DNA from: the human T2T-CHM13v2.0 reference genome, Homo sapiens
Assembly (NCBI RefSeq): GCF_009914755.1
Contig: NC_060931.1
DNA: 64,000 nucleotides
Reading direction: 5' to 3' (one strand)
Numbering within the stretch: the stretch's first letter is position 1; every line of letters begins with the position of its first letter. The translations under genes and the position numbers were made by a program. The notes beneath the pieces are model-generated. The model ran no database searches. It saw nothing but the letters and a program-made list of their open reading frames with translations, and was not told the DNA's origin. Positions 34,368 through 48,829 of this stretch are shown one piece after another.

Positions 34368-35959
34368 CTAAATAAATAGTAAAAAAAGAAAAAAAAGGTC
34401 TAAAAAGCCAGGCCAGGCCAAATATGATCCTAACCAATGGAAGCATCAAAGGCTAACTTACTTATCTTAGAATGAGATTTAAAAAAAAAAGTTGGCTAAT
34501 TTCTAAAATTTTATTTTTCCCTGAACTTCTTATCCTACAGAAAATCTAAATTTCAAGCAGTATTTATTCATCCTGCCAAAATATTGAAAATCTGTTATTC
34601 ATCAGTTCTTAGATATTTGTGGTAAAATCACTTATAAAATTAATTGACTGAAAAAAATAGTAGGAAGAGGCTTTTTATTGTTAGGAAAATTTAGATTTTT
34701 TTCAGTTCTATATTACATTAGTTATTTCTATAGCTAGATTCGCATATAAGTAAAAACCCACTAACCCAATTGTTCTTCTCGTTTAATTTATCTTCAAAAT
34801 AAATTTAGATTAGTTCAAATGATTAATTTTCAAAGTTTGAAATTCTATGTCTAAAGCAATAGACAGAAAGTAATTCTACCATAAAATAATCAACCCAATT
34901 ATTTACTATGGGCTAAAGTACCATGAATGAATGAGTGAATTGTGAACATTTCAACACAAACTGAATCAAGACATATATATGCCAGTCTTTCCTAATTTAT
35001 GGTACCTCTGGTTTCCATGAAAGTAAAGATCAAGCAGCAACAGAGTTTGCATGTGATATATAAGACTTTCAAAAAATATTTTTATAAAGAAGGAAATGGA
35101 CATCAATGTTCTATAAATTTTTTCTCTTACTCAATGTGGATTTAAAATATTTACCATTATAATCTCTTCTAATGTTTTACTTTGTTCTGAATATCTATCT
35201 GTTACCTTTCTGCACCTTCCCCTCTACTCTGCGTTACTTTTCCTAAACACTCCATCTTCCCAAAGGGTAATATTCTTTGAAAACTTCATTGTCCCTTGTC
35301 TTGTAATTTTGGGAGATAAGAAAATATGTAAATTTAAAAGGTAGTCAATTCTTCGAGAGAAAAGAAGAGTGATCTAGGTGTATGATCAAAGATCAAGAAG
35401 ACAACTTATCTGGTTCCTTTTCTTATTCTGAGATTTACACATTTTGTTTATCTTGAATGATTATTTTATCTTCATGCCTCCTAGGCATTAAATTAGCAAA
35501 TATATCAGTCAACCTCATGAAAACACGTTAGCACACGTCTCCATTATAGATGGAGCATTTACTATAATGCCATGGAAAGATATTCTCCACCCATCTGAAA
35601 TTGTGCAAGAAAAAAATAACTCATTCTTATTATGATTATGATGACAGAGGGCTCCATTTAAGCTACAGAATTAAACTCTACAAATTCTCCAGTGTACCTA
35701 CTCCCAAAAAGTGGTTGTGGGGGTAGTGGTGTTCCTTCAAATTCTTCTCCCACTATGCAAACTAAAAATGTGCAAATGAGCCATTCCTTTTTAAAGCCAG
35801 TAACTTTTAAATCCAGCCAGTAGTTTGAGATATTAAAGAGTATATTCCCCCCAAAAAAGAAGTACAGGATAATCCATAGATGTGTCCTAGATTCAAGAAC
35901 AAACTTTAAATACTTTATCTTAATTAATATATTTATCATATACTGCAGGCAGAAATGCA

Positions 35960-36550
35960 ACATGGTGCAGTCAGTTTGGAAAAAAATGCTTGGTTGTCTC
36001 TTTTTAAAGTAAACATGCATTTACCATGTGATTCAATATGCCACTTTCTAGGAATTTACCCCAAAACAATCAATTTACCCAAAAACTCATATCTAGTGCT
36101 TGTAATGATTTTATTCATAAAAGACCAAAACTCTCTAAACAATCCAAATGTCCTACAACTGTGAATGGATTTTTAAAGAACTCTTGTATATCCAGATATT
36201 AGAATATTTTTCAGCTATAAAAACAAACCACTGACACATTCAAAAACATGGGTGAATCCATGCAATATGCTAAGTGAAAGAAGTCAGTCTCAAAAGACTA
36301 CATATAGTATGATTCCATTTATATGACCTTCTGAAATAGATAAAACTATAAAAATAAAACACATATCAGTGTTTGCCAAGGATTGGGAAGTTAGGGAAAA
36401 AGCTGACTACAAAGTGGCAGCATGAGAGAATTCTGGGGGCTGATAGGACCATTTCTTATTTTGACTGTGCTACTGGTTACATGACTCTATACATTTTTCA
36501 GAACTTACCAAAAAGAGTAAATTTTACCAAAGACAAATTTTAAAAATAAA
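35960..36550 (+). mobile_element. Old L1M (MB/MC/MD) 3' end
   Basis: aacaatccaaatgtcc...atgctaagtgaaagaagtcagtctcaaaagactacatatagtatgattccatttatatga. Confidence 0.75.
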
Positions 36551-37594
36551 TAAAATGATATAACATTATGTAAAATTGTAGAAACTCTATCAATTGTATT
36601 ACTCCAAATATAAACTGAATAAGTCTACAGAGAAAGAAGGTGGCTCAGACAAATGAAACACTGGTTTGAGTAAGAAATAATATAATGGGAACTTTTTCCC
36701 TTGGACTTTTGTTATATTTTAATATTCTTTTTGCAATACAATCAGGTTTTTAAAAATCAGTTTAAAAAATATAAAAATTAAACAATTTTTATTCTTCTAG
36801 AAGTTTTGACTAAATATGAGAATTTGTTTTTTCAAAAAAGCTAAAGATGTTTAGTCAGCTTTTTAAGTAAATTTTAACTGAATATAATCATTGAAATAAA
36901 ACTATAATTCTCTGACAACATACTCTACCCCAAGAGTTTTGCTAATAGTGTTTTAAATAGCTCTGCACAGTAAGAAGGCAATGAAGCATTTGTCTTGGCT
37001 TTAGAGAGCCACAGAAGCCTAACGACGCTGGAGTTGGAGAAGATAGTGTAATTCAAATATGTTACATTTGAAGTTCTCTCAGAATATCCATATGGACCTG
37101 TTCAGTAATAATTATAACTTTGTGATAAGTGTTATAAGGAACACCAACAAGGTATAACATGGAATCTCAGAAAAAAAGAATTTAACTCCCTGTGAGGCCT
37201 CATGAAGGAGAAGAGATGAGATGAGAATTGAGTCTTAGAAAATGAACAGGAATTGGCTGGGTAAATAGTGAATAGCATTCCAGGGGAAACCAACGGTATG
37301 TACAAAGCCATGGAGGCGTGAGAAATCATAATACATTCAACGTAATGCAATATTCAGTTGGAAAGTTGGTGAAGAGATTAGGAAATAATTGAAGGTTGCA
37401 AATACACATAAGTCAAATGAGTAAGTTTAATTTACCAACATAACAAAATATCATTCAAAGGAGATACTACCAATAAGATGGTATTCCACATGGACTCCCA
37501 AGTAAAGTGTTAAAGCAAAATTTGAATATACTTCAATTTACTATACCACATCTTAGGATTTTGAAACAGGAATATAGAGAAAAATGTAGAATAC

Positions 37595-37771
37595 CTTAAG
37601 GTATTTTGCAACTTCAGGATTAAACAGAGGTGTTTTGATATAATGAAAAAAGAGTGTCGCAATTCTTTTTCTGAGTCCTTCAAGGTTATGATGTTTGACT
37701 CCTCTCATCATAAGGTCAACCTCTCTGTCAATCAATTCTAGAATTTCCTGAGTTAGTTTACATTCATGTTC
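37595..37771 (-). CDS. IQUB: IQUB coding exon ([10 protein letters not shown]...PEVAKYLK)
   Basis: Acceptor ttttatatag|GAA, donor AAG|gtattc; 177 nt = 59 codons, phase 0/0. Confidence 0.96.
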
Positions 37772-38528
37772 CTATATAAAACACAAAAATATATGGTATA
37801 AAATTTTACAAATCACTAAGTTCACTTTCAAATTGCCACCAAAACAAACCAAAATCTACATTCCTAAAGAAATGAAACATTGTCAATAGGAGTATAAATT
37901 GGCAAAACTAATAGTTCATTTTTTGTGGTATATATAGTTTTGTTGTATATATAGTATTGTACTATATACAACAAAAACTTAAATCTTACAAATTAATTTT
38001 AAGCAAAATACTCAAGGTACAAAATAACAGATACAGTACAATTCTGTCAAATAAAATTCAAGAATAAGCAACACTAAACCATATTATTTAAAGATTTATA
38101 CAGAGGTGGTAAAACTATGAAGAAAAATCAAGAAAATGACTACCATGAAAGTCAGTATGATAGTTACTTCTAAGAGATGACAAGAGGAATTGTAATTCGA
38201 AGGGAAAAGAGGACACCAGAAACATTGGCAACTTCCTGTTTAATATTTGTTAAACTGTACGTATATATTTTATTCACTTTTCTGTCTATTTATTATAGGT
38301 CACAATATTTTTTATAAAGTAATAGAAATGAGTGTGGTTGGATGAAAAAGCCACAAGTAACAAGCGATTAATGTAGAAATATTTATAAGGTCCTCCAATT
38401 GCCCAAGGGAAAACTGGAAGATACACAGCTTGAATGAAGGAGTCAGAAGATAAAGTCATTAATTGTAAAATAATGCTCTTCCGTACTTTGTACTACATAG
38501 TTGGTAAGGCTAATATGAGAGTCTGCAT

Positions 38529-38738
38529 CAGTGGTCCTTTGACCTGGAGGCACTTTAGAAGGACCTGAGGGAGATTTTTAAAAATTTTAATATTGTCCTC
38601 ATACCTGAGGAGCTAATTTAACTGCTCTGAAGTGGGGCCTAGGTATTATACTCATTTATGCTCATATTCATTCATGCTGTCCCTCTCTCAGGCTCTCCAG
38701 GTGATTCTAATATGTACTGAGGTTTAAAATTCACTGGT
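38529..38738. mobile_element. MER5A-like hAT-Charlie DNA transposon
   Basis: cagtggt...cactg termini; tggggcctagg and ccaggtgattctaat internal motifs. Confidence 0.65.
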
Positions 38739-40039
38739 CTGTATTAGTAACTATCATCAAAATAACACCTATTATTTATTGAGGCCCTCCTCTTTGTAAG
38801 GCACTATATTAAGTTTTTATGTTTATATATGTGTGTGTATATATATCTACATACATGTAGATAGATACACACATATTCTCAAAGCAACTAATTTTACAAA
38901 TGACAAAACTGATTTTCATAAATATTAACTTATTTTAAGGTTGTGCAGCCATAAATGAATAGAGTCAGAATTTGAGTTGTACTTAAAGACTTTAATCCTC
39001 CATCAAAATATTTTCAAGTAAATGTATATATGAATATTTCATACTAAACATATTAAGATATGCATAATTTGCCTTTTATGAGTCCATCCTTTGGCCTTTT
39101 TATTACTGGTCCTAATTATGTCAGGATTTATATTGTATTCCCTATGCACTCTCTTTTTGCCAATCTGGTCTTTTTACTGCCCTCTGTAAGTATCATGTTT
39201 ATTTCCTACCTCTGGACCTATTGCTTCTCCCTCCCTACCTATCTCTGTCTTTCAAGGTGGGTCACTACACAAACATCTTTGAAAAGGTAGTCCAGAGAAA
39301 AGGCAGTCAATGCCTCTGCTGCTATGGAGATCTGTCTCCCTGGAAGAACCATTTACCCAATTATTTAATGTGTTTTAAGAGTTTTGTGTGCCTTGGAGGA
39401 CAGACACACAAACTCATCCACAGAAAGAGCGTTCTTTACAGTTAGGAGTAAAGAAACCTACACAGGGTATCAAAATGTTATGCTTATGAAATTCTCAGGT
39501 TTGTAATCATGTAGCTCACTTAGATGGACCTAAATATGGCTGATAGTTTTCAGTTGTTATATATAGTGAACCACTGATTTTCATTACAATATCTATGCCT
39601 ATATGTTCTGGCAATCTGGGCCATATCGATGACCAAAATAGACTGACCATGCAGTTACCTAATCCATTGCTTATGTATAAACTTTAGTTAATACCGATGA
39701 TCACACAGAAACAACCTATATTTCTATGCTATACTGAACGAACATCTGCCAAGTGTCTTATTAACTTGAGAACTCACAAGCACAATTCAGAACCCAAATA
39801 CTTTTTACCTGTATTGCCCACTTATTATATAAGCTTACATTAAATATTGAGCTTACATTATGGTCAGGATAAATTAAATAAAATAATATAAATTATTTAA
39901 TTTATTTACACTGACCATAATGTAAGCTCAATATTTCCTTTAATTTGAGCTATAAAATGCAAGAGCTATACCAATGGTCCTAATAACAGTAGGGTTTCCC
40001 TTTTAATTAGGAATGTAGACAACATATTCATTGTAATGA

Positions 40040-41560
40040 ATGTTTGAGTGTGCTGCCCAGATCAGCCCTACTTCAGCACTGAAGCAGACTCTCAGCGGCA
40101 GGTTGTGGTAGCTGATAGCTCTCCACTGAGCTTCTCTCCGACAATTCCCTGTGCTGAAGAGAGCCATCTTGCCTACAGATAGACAGCTACCATCAGCTGA
40201 AAACAAACTGCCTCATCTAAGGTCATGTTTCTTCTCAGGGACATCCTGAATCAAATGACTAATTGTTGTGGCAGTATAAAGACCCAGGATCCTGTGAGAG
40301 TCTGGGGTATGTGAAAACAAAAATTAAATCAAGTCCTGGCCCAGGTCCAGCTCATAATGGATCTACTGGGCCACCCAGCATTTATTTCCCTGGTCCTTGA
40401 ATATATAACTGGAATAGAATACTTTATAGTTGGCACAGCCTCACTACCCTTGATTTCTTGACCTGTGGAGTAAGAGCTATCATGATGAGGAAGACCAAGT
40501 GGAAGCCCCTGAACTGCCCTTGTCTGGGAACAGAGGAGGTGAAAGTAAAAATGGCCCCAATTACTACTTGGGAAATGTTTGCTTCCTGCCCCTGTAACTC
40601 TGGACTCTTCAAGTTTAGAGGTCCTAATTCCTGGAGGAAAAATGCTTCTAATGTAAGACATAGCGCAAGTCCTATTAAACTCTGAGCTACAACTAATGCC
40701 TAAGCTCCGCAGGCCAAGAGACCTGCGGGCAAGGCAAGTGTTTTCTTGCTTATAGAGGTAACTGACTCTGATCTTCAAAAGGCAATGGTGCAGTTATTAC
40801 CCAATAGGGACAGAGAAGAATATGTTTGGCACCCAGGTAATGGGCATTTCTTGGTATATCTTTGCTTGATTTTGACAGTAAATGGAAGTCTGGTAGCCTC
40901 AGACTGAGAAAAGCATAGTGACCTGTGGTTCAGACCTCTCAAGATGCAAGTCACTCCAAAAAGTGGGTCACCTGGACCAGTCAAGATGCTAGTTCAGGGA
41001 GAAGGAAATCTAAAATAGATAGTAGAGGAAGGAAACAGTGAGTATCTCTTGTGGCCTTAAAGCCAATGACTACACTAGGGGCTGCAGTTTTTCTTAACCT
41101 TGCTTTGGGGCCTATCTAAATCCAGAGGAGCTAATCCTGAAACCTACAACATGAAGTGGATCCAGGCAGCAGCGTGTGTATTCTCCCCATCCTGGCAGAT
41201 TGGTGGCTGACAACTCTCAAGCGAGGCTCTTCCTGAGAATTGCTCTCTATTAAAGAAAGTTATCTCATCCAAAGCTATGCCCTTCTGGGGCAGCCCATCC
41301 AATACGTGGTCAAAATTGTCCTGGCCCCTTGCCTAAATTCAGGACAACTCTGGATGGCCTTTCCAGTTTTAGAATTCCCCGTGACACTGGCTGAAGTCAT
41401 TGTTCAGAATCCACCACAATTTAATTTCTCTATCCTCCCGATTCTGATTTCTCTACTGCCTCACAGGAATTATCCTGATAGCACTCTCCAACAAACTTCC
41501 TGAATATAAACCCCATCTCTGAGTTTGTTTCTTGTTTCTTGGGAAAATTTGATCTGTGAC
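40040..41560 (+). mobile_element. Internally deleted ERVL (HERV16-like) provirus with LTR16-like ends
   Basis: LTR16-like blocks at ~40040-40290 and ~41190-41560 flank protease/pol remnants (RAIMMRKTKWKPL, ORF 40458..40685). Confidence 0.7.
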
Positions 41561-41975
41561 ATCCACTAACTTTGTTTTCATTAAAAGTAGGATTAAGAAC
41601 ACAGAAAATCAATAATTGATGAGAAAAAAGATAAAAATACAATGGTGCTGCTTTAAAACTGCTAAAAATCAATTTTTCACTGAAAAATGTCAAAATATGT
41701 AGATTATAATTGCTGTTTATGTAATTACTAATCTCATGCTATACTGCATATATTTGCATTCATTGCATAAAGATATATTTACATTCATTATATTTACATT
41801 TATTATGTATTATATTTTGAGAACTTTTAGGTAAATATTAATGCATAAACCACATCCTTCCCAAATTATACCAAAACAATTCTTAATGTAAAACACTTTA
41901 CTTGTTTTAGTATTTCATTAATTTTTTTTTATTGACAGTGAACTCTACCCCCAAACTAAGAGAAAGTTAACATAC

Positions 41976-42146
41976 CTTTACAGTGTGTTTAAGAGTTAAC
42001 AGCACATCCAGCCTCTCATCTTGGGAGATATTTTTCAGCATAATGCACTTATAGATATTTTGCAGCTCTCTGGCTCTGATGGTGAACTGCGTATCCATCT
42101 CAATTGTTTTGCCATTAGGGGTTCTCCATATTTTTGGAGCTGAACA
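41976..42146 (-). CDS. IQUB: IQUB coding exon ([10 protein letters not shown]...LTLKHTVK); absent from the ORF track
   Basis: Acceptor tatttttaag|TGT, donor AAG|gtatgt; 171 nt = 57 open codons, phase 0/0, bridging the neighbouring exons. Confidence 0.95.
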
Positions 42147-43330
42147 CTTAAAAATAATATTATGTTTATAATTATCAGTTAATTAGAAACTACGTATAAC
42201 AATTTTGCTCCTTCTACTAAAAGTCTACCTTAATATCATGTGCTTTATAACTAAAGTATTGCTAAAGCTTATGAAAATTAATTTAAGAATTTGCAGATCA
42301 GGCAAAAGTAAAATATTTTAGAAAAAAACAAATAAGAATGACAGTTATTCAGTCTGTAGAAGTTCATACACTTCTACAATATTCAGGATTTGCTACTAGT
42401 TTTTTATGTTGAATTGTTTGAGAGATGTATGGAATTACTCATTAACCCCATGAGGACAATTATTTGCTTGGTTCAATTATATTGAGTGTATATAAATATG
42501 TCTTGATCCTGCCTTGCCAATTGAATATAACTTTTGTAGAGTAATTATGACAATCCTCAATATATTTAGACCTAAAGATATACCAAAAAGGGACTCTGTG
42601 AGTTATGGTTTAATGTCCTATAAAAATACTTCTATAAGAAGTTCAAAATTCTTCTCAAAGCAGATGTCCATAGTGAAAGAGCTATATTGCTATCTTAACT
42701 GTGCTGGGCTGTGGTTCCTGCCTCCCTGATGCTGGCTAAGATTCTCACTTCCTATTTCCAAATCTGGCTTGGTGCCTCCCAACCTAGCCCACCTCCTAAA
42801 TGAAGGGCCAAAAATGAAGTTCACTTGCCCTGAAGCTCATCTGAGGACTCCCAGGCTAAGAATTCAGAGATTAGAGACAGGAGGTGAAATTAGTCCTCTA
42901 CCGACTCAGGAAACAGGATAATCTTTAATGATGATACCTCTGTGTTTGCCACTGCTTCTGTTCCCTCTGACAGGGACATTTAGAGGAGATGCATTCACCC
43001 AGAAATTTCACAGTGAACACTTACTGTCTATTAGCTCTTCCACTTTAGGGTACAAAGCTGCTCAGTTTCTTTCCCTAATGATAATTTTTCAGAAACAAGA
43101 CTATGTTGATCATGACAATTCTTCAAAAACATGTTGGATGTTTTTGTAGGTTAACTGTAATTGCTCTGGTGTCCTTGTAATACAATTTACACCATACTTG
43201 CAAACATTTAAATCTTAGATGTGATCTAATGTAAGGTTTAAATGGAAGCTCTATGTATTGGAACAGATCATCAGGAATATGGACTAACCAAATAGAGACA
43301 TTATATAAAACTGTATTTAGAATGACAGTA

Positions 43331-43663
<333 letters not shown>

Positions 43664-44717
43664 TTAGTTGTAACATCAATTTACAACTAATTTTTTATAT
43701 TTCACATTAGCTAAATCACATTGAGAACTGCAAAGCTACCTCTTAAAAACAACTATATTTGATATATTCTCAAAGTAATGGCATCATATTCAGATCAAAG
43801 CCAAAATGAATGTTATTCAGAGGTAGGAATCTTCATCAGAAACTTTAGATTCTCAGCTCCAGTTTCAATCCAGTAAATGAGAAGCTGCAGCCCTATAATT
43901 AATTTAAATTGTTACAGCATAAATTCAATATTAAATAATGTATTATTATCAGACCGATATAATTAAGATTGATTAAAAGCTTATAAGGAAAATAGCTCAA
44001 TAATAAAATATTTTATCATTCAATTCTCATCACTTAGGAATAAAATAATTTTTAAATGCATATAGCCTTATTTTGGGTAGGCCTCAGAGTGTTACTGAAG
44101 TTTGATGCTTATTTTAAAGCTCTTTTTAAAAAGTTTTTAAAGGCTAGGGCTAAGTTTCATGCTGTAATATTCTAAAGTCTAACCAATGTCTTAATCTTTG
44201 CATACAATTTTCCTCAGGTTTGCTGTATTAAATGCAATTGCTTTTCTTCCAGTAATTTGGACAACACCTTTTGATCTGCATGGTGGTAAATTATTTCATT
44301 TGTAATAATTCAAATACAATAACCTTTTTATGAAACACCTACTTTACCTATCACATTGTATTTTTCAGTTGATAGACTGATTTAACTCTGTTTTCCCCCC
44401 CAAGTTTTTAGCCTAACAAATATAGCATAATGTGGTTAGATCTTGGTTTCCAAATACATTCTTCATCTAAGTCCTTTCCACCTTTCCATTTTGAACTCAA
44501 ACCCTACCTCTTCCATAAAGATTCCTCTAACTACTATAGTTTGAAACAATTATATCACTTGTATGTGAAATCCTATTGCACTTGTAAAAACACACAAGTA
44601 TACAATGTCTCTATTTCAGTGACTACAGGCAATGAAATTTGGATCCAAATTACTTTATAATTGTTTTATGTTTGCTAACTCCATTTCTCCCAAAAGAGTA
44701 TGAGAAATAAATTTCTC

Positions 44718-45062
<345 letters not shown>

Positions 45063-46291
45063 TCATGTAGTTCTATATATCTCACAGTGTCTACAATACT
45101 CTTTCATTCATTCAACAAATATTTACTGTGTTTACTATACATTAATCAATGTATTAGGCACTGAGTAGATAAAATACTATCCTGGTTTCAAGAACTCTCA
45201 AATCTCATGGGATGGAAGGGTAAGAAAATGAGTAATTAGAAAAAAAGATGAGTACGCTTGATGACTGTAGATAAATAGGTAACTATGGGTTGCTATGAAG
45301 CACTTAACTGGTAAAAAGAAAGTATCTAAGATGAAATCTGAAGAATAACTAGGAGTTAGCCAGATTAAAGGGAACCGAGTGATACAATCAAAGAATCCTA
45401 GATTTGAAGTTCAAGTTCCCTAGAGCTGGCACTGAAAAGATATTAAAAAATCTGTTCAGCAAAGCTGTTTTTATACTTAGATGTATTTCTGCCAACACAG
45501 ATAACTTGATCTTCAAGCCTAGGCTTTTTTGATTTCAGGGCTTAAGGTGTTTTTAACTCTGACGCAGGAAAAATGTCAACTTTGCTTATTTCTCTTCCTT
45601 ATTTCCTTTTTTCTTTGAAAGCTTTGGCTGTGATAACAGATATACAACAATCATGTACTTAAATTGCTTCAGAAAATAGGAGCATAATAAATTCCATTTA
45701 GCTGCCAACAAAAGAGACAGCACAGACCCTGGAAGAGAGAAACAGAAGAACAGCAGGAAGACACATTTCAGGGAAAGGAAGGTGGAGAAATAACAAGAAC
45801 CTGGAGAGCAGCAGGCTTCCACAAAAAAGAAGAAATGACTGCACTAGGAAAGTAGATATTTTCTTCCTCTTAAATTAATTATCAAGCCCCTAAGGACACA
45901 AATTAAGAATAGCCCTAACTCCCCGCAGAAGCTACTATATAGTGATCAACCTTTCTTTTACACAGCACAGGGGTTTTGCTCAGCCATAGCAGCACTCTTA
46001 TTTCATGCAGAGTTCAGAAAGAGGCCATGGCACTTTCCTGCCCCATTAACTGTTAGCTACCTGGGTATGGAGAAAAAGCATTTAAAAGACACAGCTAACA
46101 TGGATTGCAGTTCTTTAAGCCTGCAATTGTGAATAGTGTACAAATCAACAGGCATCAAATAAATAAATGGCCTTGACTCAAGGAAAAACATCTTACAGAA
46201 ATTCAAATGGTCTCTACAGAGTTTGGGTAAATAAACCCAAAGATATATTAGAAACCAGCTGATGATTTTTGATTCAAACTTCTTGACCTGA

Positions 46292-46646
<355 letters not shown>

Positions 46647-48829
46647 AAGTTTTTAATATTTGATACTCTGTGGAAGTCAATATTTGGTGACTTAAAATTA
46701 CTAATTATTTAATGCTTTAAAAATCTTTAGAGTTAGCCTTTTATTAAGAATGAGGACTTAGTATAGAGCCTATTATAATCTATTAGTTCAATGCTTTGAC
46801 TGGACAAATTTAAGACTGTATAATTCATTATTCAGAGACATTCTATGTTCAGGAAAAAAGGATTAAAAATAAAATATTGTTTCAATAAACCACACAGTAT
46901 TTGGACTCAAAAAAGTGAAACTGAAACTAAAATATAAAATTGTATTCTCCAAAGTTATTTCCAAATTAAAGGAAAGTAAATGTTTCTCTGGATGTATCTG
47001 TATATTGTGGTGTTAAATGAAGATCTTCAAATTCACATATGGCACTGGTTGTTTGTTAATTTTGACATCTGAAAAAACTCTGACCTTGTCTACTTGCAGG
47101 GATTAATTATAAGCTATCTTTTCTTAAAAATCAAAAACTTTAGAATAATAAGTTACTTCATTCAAGTTTTATGAAATCAACACTGACTCCTCCTGAATAT
47201 TAGAGATAATACTAGGCTTGGGGGTGGGGGAGGTTGACAAGCATAGAGAAAAACAGACATTTTATAAGTATTCACATCAAAAGACTAAAATTTATCTTAA
47301 TCGTCTTCTTAGTATAGAATCATATACAAAAAGGTGATTTAAATGATTCTGAATTAGAGTAACAGTGAGTTTTTAATTCACTATAGCAGGCTAAAAGCAG
47401 GCCAGAAGTCACTGTTAGTCAACATTTTTAAACACTGGACTAATTAGGCTATGTGCACTGACTGGGAGTTATCGTCAAGTGTAGCTGATCCATATTGTGG
47501 TGTGTTCTTCCTGTCCTAATACAAGTCTTTAGTCAAAACTGAAGGAAAGTCCCATTGTATCAACTAAAATGTCAATTTCCTTTAAAATTTAGCCTGGAGA
47601 TTGATGAGATTAACTGGTTTATCAGCTGGGGTAACTGTGGGTTTAGAACTCCAATTCTAAAACATGTGACCCACAAAACACCTCTGCCTTGATTTCTACA
47701 AATTCTTGTGGCTAACTTCATCCTTCCCTCAATTCTCTGCCTTTCACCTTTGTGTGTTACCCTGTATCCATCTGGACATGGAGCCCAGCTTATTTATCTG
47801 GTTTCCTCTCCCTTTCCAAAAATAAAATTATGTTGCGTTTAATATTTCCTTTATTTAGTCACATAACTAAAGAAGTCACAAAAAGTCACACTGTACACCC
47901 ACTGCCTTCCAATTCTCTCCTCACTTTACCTTATCTAGTTCCCTCTAGAACAACTCTTGAAAACTTCCATTTTCCTGGAACAGAACAATTCTTTCTGTAC
48001 TCAGGATCCTTCAGAGTCTCAAATTCCACCCCAACAGCTTATCAAAGTATTTACAAAAAAACAAACACAAAAAAATAGATCTTCCTTCCTCCTAGGAATT
48101 CTGGTAAACAGAATTTTAAAATTTCTCCATTTCACTTTTTTTTTTTTTTTTTTTTGGTGAGATTTACATGAAGACCATCTTAGAGTGCCACACCTCATGA
48201 GAAAGGGTAGTGGTCATCAACTGACTCTGGAATCACTTTCATATGTTGGGCCTTGATCCATTTATGGATACTCCATAATTTCAAGAAGTTTAGTTAAATG
48301 TTTACAGACAATGCTAGACATGGGGACTGGGGTAGGGAATGTTCTGGGCATAAAGAAGAATAGATATTGTGTAAGTATATACAACAATAGAATTTTAAAT
48401 AGTTTGCAGGAAATAGAAAACAGTATGATGGCACTAGTGGGAAAATTCTACAGAAGGCTCAGCATCAAATAAAGAAAGGTGACACCCATCTTCCCTGTCC
48501 ATGGACACTCAGAGGCTTCCAGCTCCTTTGAATATTTGTGTTGCCCTGGGCCCATACTCTCTTCTCTGGTGAGGTTAACAATTAAGTATCCCAGTGATGA
48601 AGCAGGATGCAAGGTAAAGCAATTTGCTAAACAAATAGGTTTATTTCAAAAGATGACTCCAGAGAAGTATGAATATTATAGCTTTCCTACAGTAAATTCA
48701 TCTTTCCTAGAATTAATATATTTAAGCATTTAAAATGACAGTATCTACATTACATAATTTCTTGATGATACTTGGAATACAAAATTATACAACCACTATT
48801 TCTGTCCCTTATTCTTCCTCCCTACCTTC

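Noticed and set aside
40329-40778. 149-aa minus-strand ORF sense to IQUB
   Set aside because: Antisense frame of decayed ERVL internal sequence; no splice or homology support.
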